Shown one piece after another: positions 1 through 11,160 of a stretch of 56,090 bases of DNA. Position 1 is the first letter of the stretch. Every line of letters begins with the position of its first letter. Origin of the DNA: Prorocentrum cordatum (Eukaryota); the NCBI GenBank assembly GCA_963575745.1, contig CAUYUJ010000113.1:62001-118090 (forward strand), given 5' to 3'. The notes beneath the pieces were generated by a model. It did no database searches. It saw only the letters and a list, made by a program, of their open reading frames with translations, and was not told the DNA's origin. The position numbers were made by a program, and so were the translations under genes.

Positions 1-299
1 GGGCCGCCCCGACGGGCACTGGAGCGGAGCCGCACTCGGGGCGCTCGGCGACGAGGTGGCAAGGAGAGAGCGCCTCTCTCGGCCAACATTGGTCGCGGGG
101 GTCATGGGAGCGCGGGCGAGGCCTGGGCACGTGCTGGTGCGCAAGTGCGCCCAACACACCGCCAGCCTGCCCGAGGACGGGGCGCCCCTGTCCGCACGGC
201 GTCTTGCTGAGCGGGGGCCGCGCCTCCGGGAACGGTTCGAGGAGCCGACCACGCTTCCCGAGGTCCCGATGGGCCTGGACGTGGTGGACCTCGATATGA

Positions 300-443
300 G
301 GCCACATGCGAACCCCACCCCTACCCCCCACGATTTTTGAGGGGGAGGGTGGGGTTCACTTCGTTCGAGAGTTCCCGAGCGAAGTGAACCCCACCTTCCC
401 CCTCAAAAATTGCGGGGGGTAGGGTTAGGGCTCGCATGTGGCC
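300..443. repeat. 144-bp imperfect palindrome (MITE-like/foldback hairpin)
   Basis: Left arm GGCCACATGCGAACCCCACCCCTACCCCCCACGATTTTTGAGGGGGAGGGTGGGGTTCACTTCG is the near reverse complement of right arm CGAAGTGAACCCCACCTTCCCCCTCAAAAATTGCGGGGGGTAGGGTTAGGGCTCGCATGTGGCC; GGCC at both ends. Confidence 0.85.
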
Positions 444-1599
444 CCCTACTCGAGGCGGACCTGCTCGCGCGGGCGGCGTTGCAGGCGCCCGACGAGGACG
501 GCGACGACTGGGTGTTCGGCGGCGGCAGCGTCGTGGAAGCGCCCGCGGCAGGCGAGGGTCGTGCCGTATCCTCGGCATATGATGCCAGGTTGGCCGCGCT
601 GGCGGAATGTGCAGGCGAAGGGCCAGGCGATCGGTGCAACGAGTGCCTGTCCCCAGGAGTTTGGCTGGTGGGCCAGCATGCCGAAGTGGAGGCCTTCGTG
701 GAGGGCCTGGCTTCGGGCTGGCGGCTGGCGGAGCAGCGCGTGCGGCAGCAGGTCCAGGACGTCTGGGACGAGCTGAAGGAGCTGGTCGTGCGCTCACTCG
801 CAAACATTAGGGGCACCATGCAGTTCTCGGAACAGGTGCGGGCGGGTTCTCGCTCCTGCAGGTCGGTTCAGGATCTGCGGCGCCTCATGTCTGTCTGGCG
901 CTCACATGACGCAGCCGTCACCGTCAAGGCCTAGGGCGGCCTCCTTCGCTCTGGGCGGGGCGGCGCGGTGGCCTCGGACGGCTTCGCGACGGTCGAGAGG
1001 ACCGAAGCGGGTCGGCAGTCCGAGAGCGAGCTTGCGAGCGACTGCGCTGGCGAGGCCGATGTCGCGGCTGAGGCGGCGGCGCCGAAACCAGCGCGAGCAG
1101 GACGTAGACGACCTGATGAAGGCCTTCTGCGCGGAGATAAGCGGGCTTGAGCGGTCGCGCTCCGCTCGCGACCCGTGAAGCGGCTGCTGGAGCGCCTCGG
1201 TGCGCGCGGCGACCGCGCGGGCGCAGGCTGTGGACCCCAGGCTTGAGGGCCTGCGAGGGGCGCGTGGATTGCCGCTGCTCCCGGTGGGGGCCCTGCCCGT
1301 TGGCCCTGTGCAAGCATTGTCTGGTGCTTTGAATTTGTTGCGCATGACTCACGGGCCTCGCGGCCTTGTGTCCCCACCATATGCATTTACAAGACTGCAG
1401 CGGCGGTTCGCGCCATGTGCCTTGGTCCTTGAAGTTTGGCACGCAGGCGGAATCTCAGAAAGGCCAAGCCGACAATTTAGCGATAACTGTTTGTTGCCTT
1501 TTTCCGGTATCGCAGTTCTAATCCTTCCTCCACGTTTCTTTTTCTTCATTCTCGCCATGCCCCGCGCATTATCATTATCCTCCTCGGCTCTTTTTGCAG

Positions 1600-2260
1600 A
1601 GGCTCCTCCTTGGAGAGCCTCTGGGCTTCACATAAGTTGTTCAGGCTTTCTTGAAGCCTTCTGGGGGCCTCTTGGGCGTCTTCTGGGGGCCCCGTGGGGG
1701 TTTCCTCGGGCCGGCCTGCGTCCAACCGCGGTCTCCCTGGACGACCGGGTCGCGATTTGGAATGCTTCGGGGGGCGTATTGGGGCCATGTTGGGCTGTCA
1801 TGGGGCTCTCTCAGGTCATCTTGGAACCCTGTTGTGCCGCGTCGGGGCTCTCTTGGACTGCTTGGAAGCCCTTTCGGATGATTGTGGAGCGATTTTCGAG
1901 CTTCCCAGGCGGCTTCGGACGCCCAGGATACCGCCATCTTGGAGCGTCGGGAAGCTGAACAGAGGGGAACCCGAAAATTACCCCCCCCCCCAAAAAAAAA
2001 CGATAGACAATCAATGAACGTTGCCTCTTGGGGCCTTATTGGGAGTGCTCTTGGGGGCCTCCTGAGACGTTTCGGAGCGATCTTTGGGGGCATGGCGGCT
2101 TCTTGGGGGTCGTCGTGGACCGTCTTCGGGGCCCCCGAGGCTCTCTCTGGCCCATCTCTGGGGGCCCCAAGGGCCCCAGGGCTTCTCTGGCCCGCCACTT
2201 CGGCCACTTGGAGCTCGCGCGCAGCGCCCCAGACCACTTCCATGGCCTCGACGGGCCCCG
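1600..2260 (+). repeat. degenerate ~10-11-bp TCTTGGRGCC-type minisatellite / dispersed repeat family
   Basis: Recurrent TCTTGGGGCC / TCTTGGAGC / TCTTGGGC units; internal AAAA..CAATCAATGAACGTTGCCTCTTGGGGCC resembles 4270-4304. Confidence 0.7.
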
Positions 2261-3609
2261 ACGACCACGAGCGCGCAAGGGGAAGGCGCTTCTGTTCCAA
2301 GGCTGGCCAGATCTTCCGACCTGTGCCCCCTGGGGCCGACGATTTCCCTGATCCAGATTTCCCGGTCCTCCTTCCGCTTCCTGCCTCCTTGATCCCCCCC
2401 GACTCGTCGCTTGAGTGTTTATGTGTAGCTTGCCGGCATCGGCCCTTCGCGGACACTCCGATGTTGCGCCCGCTTTGGGGCGAGAGGAGGAGGAGAATCA
2501 AAAGGGCCTTCGACGCCCCGAGACGTCGCTTGAGCGTCTCTGCGCAGCGGGCCTATGCGGCGCTTCCAAGGCCGCGGCTGCACCCCTTCGCAAATCTAGC
2601 AGAAAAAAACACCCGCGGATTGGTCTTCGACGCTCCGATCCAGCCGGCCCCCCCCCGCGTCGATGCAAACACCTTTTGAACGGCGCTTTCCTCGCTGTCG
2701 TCGTTCGCCCTTGGACCACCCCTTCTCGAAGCCCCCCCCCTTCATTTTTCAAGCCCCCGAGCCCCGCGCCGACAACGGGCCCCCGAGCGCTCCATCGTTC
2801 CAGAAAGACCACCCGAGAAACACGCGCACAGCCCCAAACGCGCCTCAACACAACGCAAATTCACCCAAACCTTCACGAAGTCCCTGAGCGCCCCGCACTG
2901 ACCGCAGTCTTCCGAGCCCTCCATCTTCCCATAGAGGACGCCCGAGAGCTTTTGTGTTCCCGAACGTGCCCCACCGCCAGACAAACCGCCCAGCAGCCAC
3001 CCAAAGTCTTGCAGTTCCACAAGCGACCTCCCATCTACCCCAGACGCTCACCGCGCGCCCTCGCACCCCCCCTAGCATCCTTTCTTCCACAACCTCTTCG
3101 GCGACGTCGTCAACATTATCCTCATCTGGCCTTGGTGACCACCCTGGCCTTCCGAACCGAAGGTCCCTTCGTTTGCCCCCTCCCCCCCTCCAGCGTGCCC
3201 CCATCTGGCTCCCGAGCCCTCCATCTCCCCCGTGCCCGTCGGCACCATCGTTACTTCATCATCGCTGTAGTCCTACGTCTCCTTCACAATGTCACGATCA
3301 CCGCTCTTATCGTCCGTTGCTGCGGGCCCAAAGCGGCCGACGCGCCCCCGAAAGCGATTCCAGAAGGCCTAAGACCACCTCAAGATGACCGACGACTGCG
3401 ATGACGACAACGTCGTCGTCGCTGTCGTCGAACCGCGCACACTTCGTCCTCGTCCACCACCCCGCGTGCTTCGCCGTTTCTCGCAGCCCCCATTCGCCTC
3501 CACATATAGCTGCGTTTCGGCCCAATACGCCCGTTTGTCCTCCACCTCCCTCGCCTCGCACACGGTGCTCTATACCAAGACTTGAAGCGAAGCGCAGCGA
3601 ACTTCAAGT

Positions 3610-3630
3610 GTATATCTATATGTATATATG

Positions 3631-3662
<32 letters not shown>

Positions 3663-3860
3663 TTTACAAGACTGCATTGGCGCTGCGCGCCATGCACTTT
3701 GGTCCTTGAGAGTTTTGCACGTTAGCGGAGTGCGTGCGTGCGTACATGCGCACACACATGCGCCGATGGAAACATACTACACATGTACATCTAGATATAC
3801 GTATGTATGGGTATGTACATGTATATGCAAATGGTCTGTGTAACTATGTGTGCGCATACA
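3610..3860. repeat. (TA)n / (TG,CA) microsatellite-rich tract
   Basis: TATATATA run at 3610-3665 followed by degenerate ACAT/GTAT repeats. Confidence 0.85.
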
Positions 3861-3884
3861 CATGCCATTGAAGCTCAGTGTTGG

Positions 3885-4460
3885 GAGCCCTGGTGTTATG
3901 TAGCGTTTTGGGGCCTCTTGGGAGTCTTCTTGGGGCCCGCTTGGATCCCTTTTAGGACGCTGTTGGGGTTCTCTTGGGTCGTCTCGGGGCCCTTTTGGGC
4001 CGTCTTAAGGCGTCTTGGAGGCCTTTGGCCGTCGAGGGGCTCTCCTGGCGGCGTCTTGGGGCCCTCTTGGGTGCCTCTTTGGGCGCTCTTAGGGGGCTCT
4101 CTTGGGCCCGTCTTGGAGCCCTCTTGGGCTGTCTTGGGACTCTCGTGGATCGTTTTCGGGCTCTTTGGGGGGCCTCGTGGGCTATCTTGGGGCGATCTTT
4201 GGAGCCTCTTGGGCCGGTTCGGGCTGATGTTGGCCCGAAAAAGGGAGAACCAGGAAAACTTTTGAAAACCATGCAAAAATCAATGACATGTCCCTCTTGG
4301 GGCCCTCTTGGGAAGTCTCTTGGAGGTCTCTTGGGGCGTCTCGGGGCCCCCTTGGACGGTCTCGGGCGGTCTTGGGGTCTCTTGGAGCGCTCTTGGGCTG
4401 TCTTGGAGCGCTCGTGGACCCCTCTTGGGAGTATCTCGGGCCGTCTAGGGCGCCTCTGGA
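3885..4460 (+). repeat. TCTTGGRGCC-type ~11-bp periodic repeat array
   Basis: Dense TCTTGG units roughly every 10-11 bp. Confidence 0.8.
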
Positions 4461-4609
4461 ACCGCCCGAAAATCTCGGGGAAGCCCGAAACTCGTGCGCC
4501 CTTGGACGCCGGGCCGGCTCCACCCCCCCTTTTTAAGTTCCAGTGGGATCCCGACTCTTTTGGGACCGCTTCCAGGCCGGGCCCGCGGTTGGATGGGGAG
4601 CCGCCAATA

Positions 4610-5095
4610 AGCCCCCAAAGCGATCGGACACCCGCCCTGACGGCCCAAGATTGCCCCGAGCTCCCCCGAAGACGGCCTCCAGGGGTCTCAGACGGCCCAA
4701 GAAGCTTCCCAACGGCCCAAAGGGTCCCAAAACGGCCCAAGAAGGCTCCAAGAATATCCCGACGAGCGCCCCGAGAGGCCAAAGTTAGTTTGTTATTTTC
4801 CATCGGTGTCTCATGGATTTTTGCGCTCAGTTCTTTTCGAGCTTGCAACGCTCCGAGAACGTTCGAGAGGCGCCCCATACCGCTCCGAGAAGGCCCAACA
4901 GGCCCACAATAAACCCCCAAGACGACGTCAGAATCCACTTTGGGAGCCCCAAGATGACTCGAGACGGGCCCAAGAGGGGGAGCACGAACCCACAATTCCA
5001 CCCTTGCGCCCCCGCAGGCCCCCAGGAGGCCCCGCGAACCCCCCAAGACAGCGCAAAACGGCCCAAGAAGGCTCCAAGAATCACCACCGCCAAGA
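4610..5095 (-). repeat. same ~11-bp repeat family, inverted orientation (CCAAGA units)
   Basis: GGCCCAAGA / CTCCAAGA units, the reverse complement of the 3885-4460 units. Confidence 0.75.
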
Positions 5096-5111
5096 CTGCG
5101 CTGAGCACCGG

Positions 5112-5212
5112 GAAGAAGAAGAAGAAGAAGAAGAAGAAGAAACATAAGAAATAAGTACTAATAATAATGATAATACTAATAATAGTAGTAATCATAATAC
5201 TAATAATACAAT
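5112..5212. repeat. (GAA)n followed by degenerate (AAT)n microsatellite
   Basis: Directly visible. Confidence 0.9.
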
Positions 5213-6455
5213 GTGTTCCACCTGTGCAAACTCAAACAACCTTCTGGGCGACGAGCGCTCTGCAACGGCACAGTAAATATGTCACGGAATGCCTTTTGGA
5301 AGTGGTGAACATGTCAAATAGTCAGACGGCGCAGTTGGATGCCTGAAGTGATCCAGACCGCGTTGGTGTCTACAGAGGAGGCGGGAGGACGGAGGGTAAA
5401 CAGTAAAGAAGCTGAGGGGCCCGCCATGTTGGCGGAGAACGGCGGGGAGCATCGTTGAAGTCCAGGCCCTCTTCGTGCAGAAAGACGATGAAGTAAGGAC
5501 CACCTTGGGCTCTGAGGCGATGGCGGGACTCTGGTTTTCGGGCCGCTCCATAGGTGTAGGTTGCGGAACATATTAGTGGTTGAGGTTCGCCGTGGCCAGA
5601 AAAGCCTTTTCGTTCCTTATTCAGCGCCGTTTACGGTAGCACGATGACTGTGGGCGCCGTCCTGGGATGCACCGCAATTCTTGCACAGGAGCCCTAGCGC
5701 CAAGTTGCGCTTACATCCGCATTGCTTGCACTTCCGGCGCTGAAACTGGAACGGGTCGGCAGCCTCGAGCGCGAGAGACTGCGCCTGGCCCCGCCGCAGG
5801 GCCGCCCGCTAGCGTCCAGGCTCGGCGGCCGCGACGAGACTCCTGGCCTTCAGCGGCGCTGCAGCAGACCACCAGCTTCGCTGCTTCTGCCCATCGCGGC
5901 TGCCCGTCGCTGGGAGGGCTGCGGTTGCGGAAGAGCCCTTTGGAGAGTTGTTCGTTCACCCTCTGGGCCACAACGCGCGTTATGCCCCCCCTCCATAACG
6001 CAACGCTCCCCTTCCCCAGTGCGTCCCCGGCACTGCACCGCACCACGGTCTGTGCGTCGGGCACCCACACGGCGGGGGGGACCGTTGGTTATGCCCCCTC
6101 CCCGCCCTCCCCCCGATATCGCCCGCTATCGCCGCGAGTAAAAAAGTGGTCTGCTGGCTCGCAGACACCGTGTGTGCCGTCAGGAGTCCTGACGTGTGAG
6201 TGTCTGCAGCAGCCGAGAACGGCTGGAGGCGGAGGAGGAGGGAGGGAGGAGTGAGGGCGACCCATGCATCCGACGTCTTGTTTTCCGTCATTGCGAGATC
6301 CCCGAGATCCCAGGAAGCCCCGAGCATTTCCCCGGGACAAGTGTTTCATCCGACGAGCAGTTTTTGGGCGGCCCTGGACCAAGAACCGCCCCCCCACCCC
6401 CCAGATGCCGAGCAGAAGAAGATGCCGTGTGTCCAGAAGGCACGTGGGCCATGCT

Positions 6456-9400
6456 CTTATTCAGCCACATCCGCTGCCTCGAAGTGAGGCAAGGCGGGCC
6501 GAAACGAGGAGCGAGAGGGGAAGAAGAGAGGAGGCGCGGAGGGAGGGGACGAGGAGCGGAGGGATTCGGAGAAGAAGGAGTCAGGGCGGCGGACTGGCGA
6601 GAGCCAGAAGCAGCGACGCATCAGCGGGACTGGCTGTAGCTCCGCGCTGCTCGCCTCCACGTAGTCGCCGGAATGGCTGTTACGTCAGACCAGTTTTAGC
6701 CATTATGCTCACATGCGCGAAGGGCGCGGCTGTATAGCTCTCGGGTCCACACCGCGCAGGGCCGGCCTCGACCGCGACGCGCAGGCGGGTCGTGAAGCTC
6801 AACAGTCGACGGCTTGAGCACAAGGCTCCGCACATGATTGCCATCGCTCATCCGTGCGATGCTCCCGAACAGAACGAATTGGAATTCTAATAGCACGCTG
6901 CTCATCAGCTTGCTTTGCCTCGCTTGGGAGGACATAATGGTTTGCAACCCGGCTTATGTACGAATGCGGGATGTGTAAAATCTTTCTCAGTCAACGTGTT
7001 TGAAACGCATCTAGTTCAGACAACTCTGTTATTTTCAGCCGCATGGTGTGGATGGTGTACATCAGCTTCGACACCACGCACGTATTGAAGATCTTGATCT
7101 TCTTCGCTGACGGGAGCAGGAGTGAGACCACACCTTGTCCAGCTTGTCGAATTCCGCCCTTGCAGCCCCCAGCCGCCTCGCGAGCTCTGCGTCAGAGGCT
7201 CTGGACGAAGACAGCACGCTACCGAGGTGAACAATGCTGTCCTCTTGGGTGACCACCCTCCCATCTGGCTTCTCGAGGCCTGTATCTCCGCCCACGGACA
7301 GCAGCTCTCCAGTCATACGTCAGCCTGCATTTTGCTCCAGCATCTGCGCTGGCCCGCATGTACTCGGAGGCCCGGCCCTGGTCTGCGGCCACAATCATGG
7401 GCGTCCATTATTAGCACTGTCACTAGGCATGGCGAACAGGAAAGGTGATCAACGACAGCCTCGGCGTATGCCTGCGTTTGGGTCCCGCATGGATGACGTC
7501 TGCCTTGCGTCGCAGACCGCAAAACGAGGGTCGGTGGAAATCGCGCCCACCGCGTCGAGCATCTTGTTTGGCAAACCGAAGCGTCGCAACGCATGTAGGA
7601 GTGCCGCTGGGTCCGCGCTATCAAACGCCTCTCCAAGTCCAGAGCAAGGAAGATCAGCTTGCCGCCCTTTGAATCATTTTGAATCCCAGGCTCCATCCAG
7701 AAGCCGCTGGGCCATAAATATGGCATTAGCGTTGCCGCACTTGGACTTGGATCCGAATTGCGTGGGCTAGACACGCTCCTCAGCCCCTGCGTCTTTCAAA
7801 CGCTGGAGGAGTATGGAGGTGTACAGCTTGCACCCAGTCTGTAGGAGGCAAATCGCCTTGTGCTTTTCGCATATCGACTCATCCCCCTTCTTGAAAATGG
7901 CTGCCACCAGGGACTCGTGCCACGCTTCGGGCACAACCCCCTTCTACCAGCATTTCTGGCACAAGGCTGCGGCCCACTGGGCTGCGGGAGACCAGGGCGA
8001 CGCGATGGCCTTCCAGAAATCGCCCGGTACCGAATCAGATCAACAAGTTCTGCCCCATCTCATCCGTTTAGCTGCTGACGCAATCTCGACTTCAGTAAGA
8101 GGCCCAAGGTGGGCAGGCAGAGTTGGCCCCAGGGGCTCGTCTCGCATGGCCGTGTTCTCGCGGGGAGCCCACTGCGCTTCGCAGCAGTCCTCCGCCGTAG
8201 TTGCGGCGCGTTCCTCCGATTCCTCGATGCGGCCCTGCCAGTTCCGAAGCCTGCCCGGTGACCTTTCCATAGCCGTCACCTGCTCCCAATCGTTCGTCGC
8301 CAGGAGGCCCCCCAGCCACGCCGATCGATCATTCTAGACAGACTTCTTCACAGCCACGTTGAGGCGCCTTTCTTCGTTGTAGTCTTCCGCCTTGCGCGCG
8401 CTGGTACGCTGCTGGATGATCTCGAGCGTTTGGGCTGTGATCCATGGCCGGGTTGGCGCTGCTGCGGCACACATGGCAGAGTTTGTTACGCCGCTCTGTG
8501 GGAAGTTGCCCCCTGGCTGCTTCGAGGTCGTTCACCGAAGCGTTCGCGCCATCGCTGAACTCGGCCATCTCTTAGGTGAAAATTCTAGCGAAGTTAGCTG
8601 CGACCAGAGCTGATGGACGTCAAGTGGCGGAGCCTTGGCGGTGGCCTCGGGTTTCGGCAGTGCGACCTCGACGTTTGCAAAGGGGAGAATCTTATGCGAG
8701 GCCAACGCTTTATTTCTATCGCTCACACCCCGTGAAGCAGACACGCCCGTTCTGACGACACCAGTGCAAAGTCGTTCTGGCCGAAGCTGTCGGGGTGACC
8801 TCGTCGCGGGGTACTTCCCGACATTTTATCACGTGATCTGCCGCTCGGGCGATTCGTCGAACGAATAAGGTATTACCTATCGTGAGGTGTAGCTTGGTTC
8901 AGAGCTCGGTCAATAGTCTTCTGCTGGAAGCGGGATTGTACTGAGCGTGCAGGCTGCCGAAGACGAACCGTCCCATGATAGACTGCTCAGCGGGATGGGT
9001 GGAGGCGAGCATTGACATTGCCTAATAAAAAGAGAGGTCCATGGCGAGATATCCTCCCAGCGAAGTTGAGTTGGAACCACATAAGTTGAACATGTTGGAA
9101 ACATTACTTGTTGTGTGCCAAGACGCTGGATCTGGAGATGACGGAGCCCTCAGGAAGCTCTTCTGAGCTCGTTCGGCCGTTGACCTCGGGTGTGCCCTTC
9201 GATCCGAGCATCGTCCAAGCATTGGCATCAAAAAAGCAGTTTCCCAGCCCCAGGTCCGTCAAGCATGGCTTCGTGCAAAGGGGATACCTGGGTGCCCGCA
9301 TCACGAACAAACTGCGCCGCTGGAGAATATTATCGAGAGGTCGAAGAGAGAACAACTACATGTATTTTCGAAGGTCTGCGCGGATTTCTTGAGTCGGCCC

Positions 9401-9650
9401 CGAATGGTCTCAGAAGGGACCCTTGGGTTAGATGTTCGTTTGGGGGACCTTCCTGGGGCACACATAACAGATCTGTGTGACTCCAGTTCGACTCCAGCCC
9501 GACTCTGGCTCGCCTCAGGTTTGACCCAAGTCGATTGACGTTCGGCGCAGCTCGACGCACGGGTGGAGCAAGTGGCGCCAGGAAGGCCCGCAGGACGAGC
9601 ATCCCGACCCCATGGGGGTTGGATGCCCGCAGGGGGCCGCCTTGTGGCCA
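6456..9650 (-). mobile_element. decayed non-LTR retrotransposon (LINE, APE+RT, RTE-like), many stops and frameshifts
   Basis: Minus-strand translation gives WHESLVAAIFKKGDESIC, AICLLQTGCKLY, QFG, EAFDSAD, GIRRGCR*SPFLF, HLGSVLSS..ELARRLGAARAEFDKLDKVW and C-terminal RRGRGRPCAVW; APE-like HGVGMLV (~9600) and ADH (~8830); ends are approximate. Confidence 0.85.
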
Positions 9651-10496
9651 GAACCGCGGCGGGCTGTCTCGCCCCCCTTCTCCCCAGCGACCTCCGAGCC
9701 CTGCAGGAGCTGGAGGGCCTGGTGCGGCGGCGGCGGCTGCACAAAGTGGCGCGGGGCCGCGCCCGCCTGCTCGCCGCCCACTGCTGGGGGGAACCCGGGG
9801 GGAGGACAAGACAGGACAGGCGCCGACGTACGCCCCGGAAGCGGCTCTCTAAGAGCTCGGCGGGGGCGCCACAGCACCGAAGCTCAGATGTCGTAGCACG
9901 TGGCTACTTTGCGACATGGGCGGGGAGGAGTGGGACAAGGTTCCCCCAGCTCCTCTCCTCGCGAAACAAAATCCCGACTGCTAGCTTTTGGTCGCTTTCG
10001 ACCTCTGGGGGCCCTCACTGGGCCTCGGGACTATCATCAGAATTGCCCGGAATGAAACACTGATCCCTGGAGATGGGGTGCAGACCTCTGCGGGCCGACG
10101 TTGTGGGAAGATTTTGGCGTCGGAGCTCTGGGGAGGGCAGAGGAGAGATGGAGAGAGGGGATGGAGGGGAAGATGGAGGAGATGGGGGAGGTGAGGTGGG
10201 CAGGAGGAAGGGAGGACGTAGGAGTCGGGTGGGGTTCCTTGCAGGGCGCCGTTGTGTGCTCGCGTGGAGGACTGGAGCATGAGACGGAGGGAGGAAAGGG
10301 AGAGATGGGAGGGACGAGGGCAGGGGGCGGGGGAAAGGGGAGGGAGCAGAGGGGAGGTGGGCAAGCCAGGTGCGCTCGCGCCATATAGGAAGTCCTGCTT
10401 ATCATTCCCCCCCATCCCGTACCATTGTGTAGAGCTCCCTTCTGTTCGCACAGTCGAATATCGAATTGGACAATGACCCCGAAAGGGTGCGCGATG

Positions 10497-10737
10497 CATC
10501 GCATTGCATAGTATGGCATAGGAGAGCACCGCAATACGTAACATGGCATGGCATGGCGTGGGATTTCATAGCCAATCACTGCATAGCACAAGGCATGACA
10601 TGGCATCGCGGCACCAAACGTAGCACGGCATGCCATACCGTGGCATGGCGCGCAGCGATGTGGCATGTAGCATGGTATGGCCTTGCGCTGGATATAGCAA
10701 AATTGCAGAGCAAGCCATGGAGTGGCATGGCTGCATG
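10497..10737. repeat. degenerate pentanucleotide (CATGG/CATAG) satellite
   Basis: GCATGGCATGGC.., GCATAG.. units. Confidence 0.75.
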
Positions 10738-10981
10738 AACGGGGTTGCCGGAAAACCATGCTGGAGGACCGACAATTTTCAGATGAGGCTTGTGCCGCGG
10801 CGGGAGCCACATTTTGAAGGACCGAGAACGCGGAAATGAGGGCAGCGCTGCAGCGGGAGCACTTTGCGGAATGACATAAACTATGCAGATGATACCAGCG
10901 ATGCAGCGGGAACGCGGTCTTGAAGGAACCCAAGCTCCCTTTGGGTTTATCTGCGCCGTCTGGCATACGATCTTGTTTCAT

Positions 10982-11087
10982 CTTGTATAGTCTGATTGGT
11001 TGTAGACTGCAGGTTAAGTGGGAGGGGGTGTGGGCTCAGGTAGCCATTTTGGGTCCGTAGCGTTCGGCTCTGGCCGACGCGCGGGTG
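10982..11087 (+). repeat. split direct repeat A1 (106 bp)
   Basis: CTTGTATAGTCTGATTGG...GACGCGCGGGTG identical to 26245-26350. Confidence 0.97.
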
Positions 11088-11160
11088 TTCCAGGGGGCCG
11101 CGGGGCGGCCATAACCACAGCCGTGCTAGTCCGCGGACTAGGTAGCGCGCCTGTGGTGCC

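Noticed and set aside
420..430. Telomere-like TTAGGG
   Set aside because: Single occurrence inside the palindrome arm
3952..5145. Long ORFs over the TCTTGG arrays
   Set aside because: Stop-poor repeat sequence open in several frames on both strands
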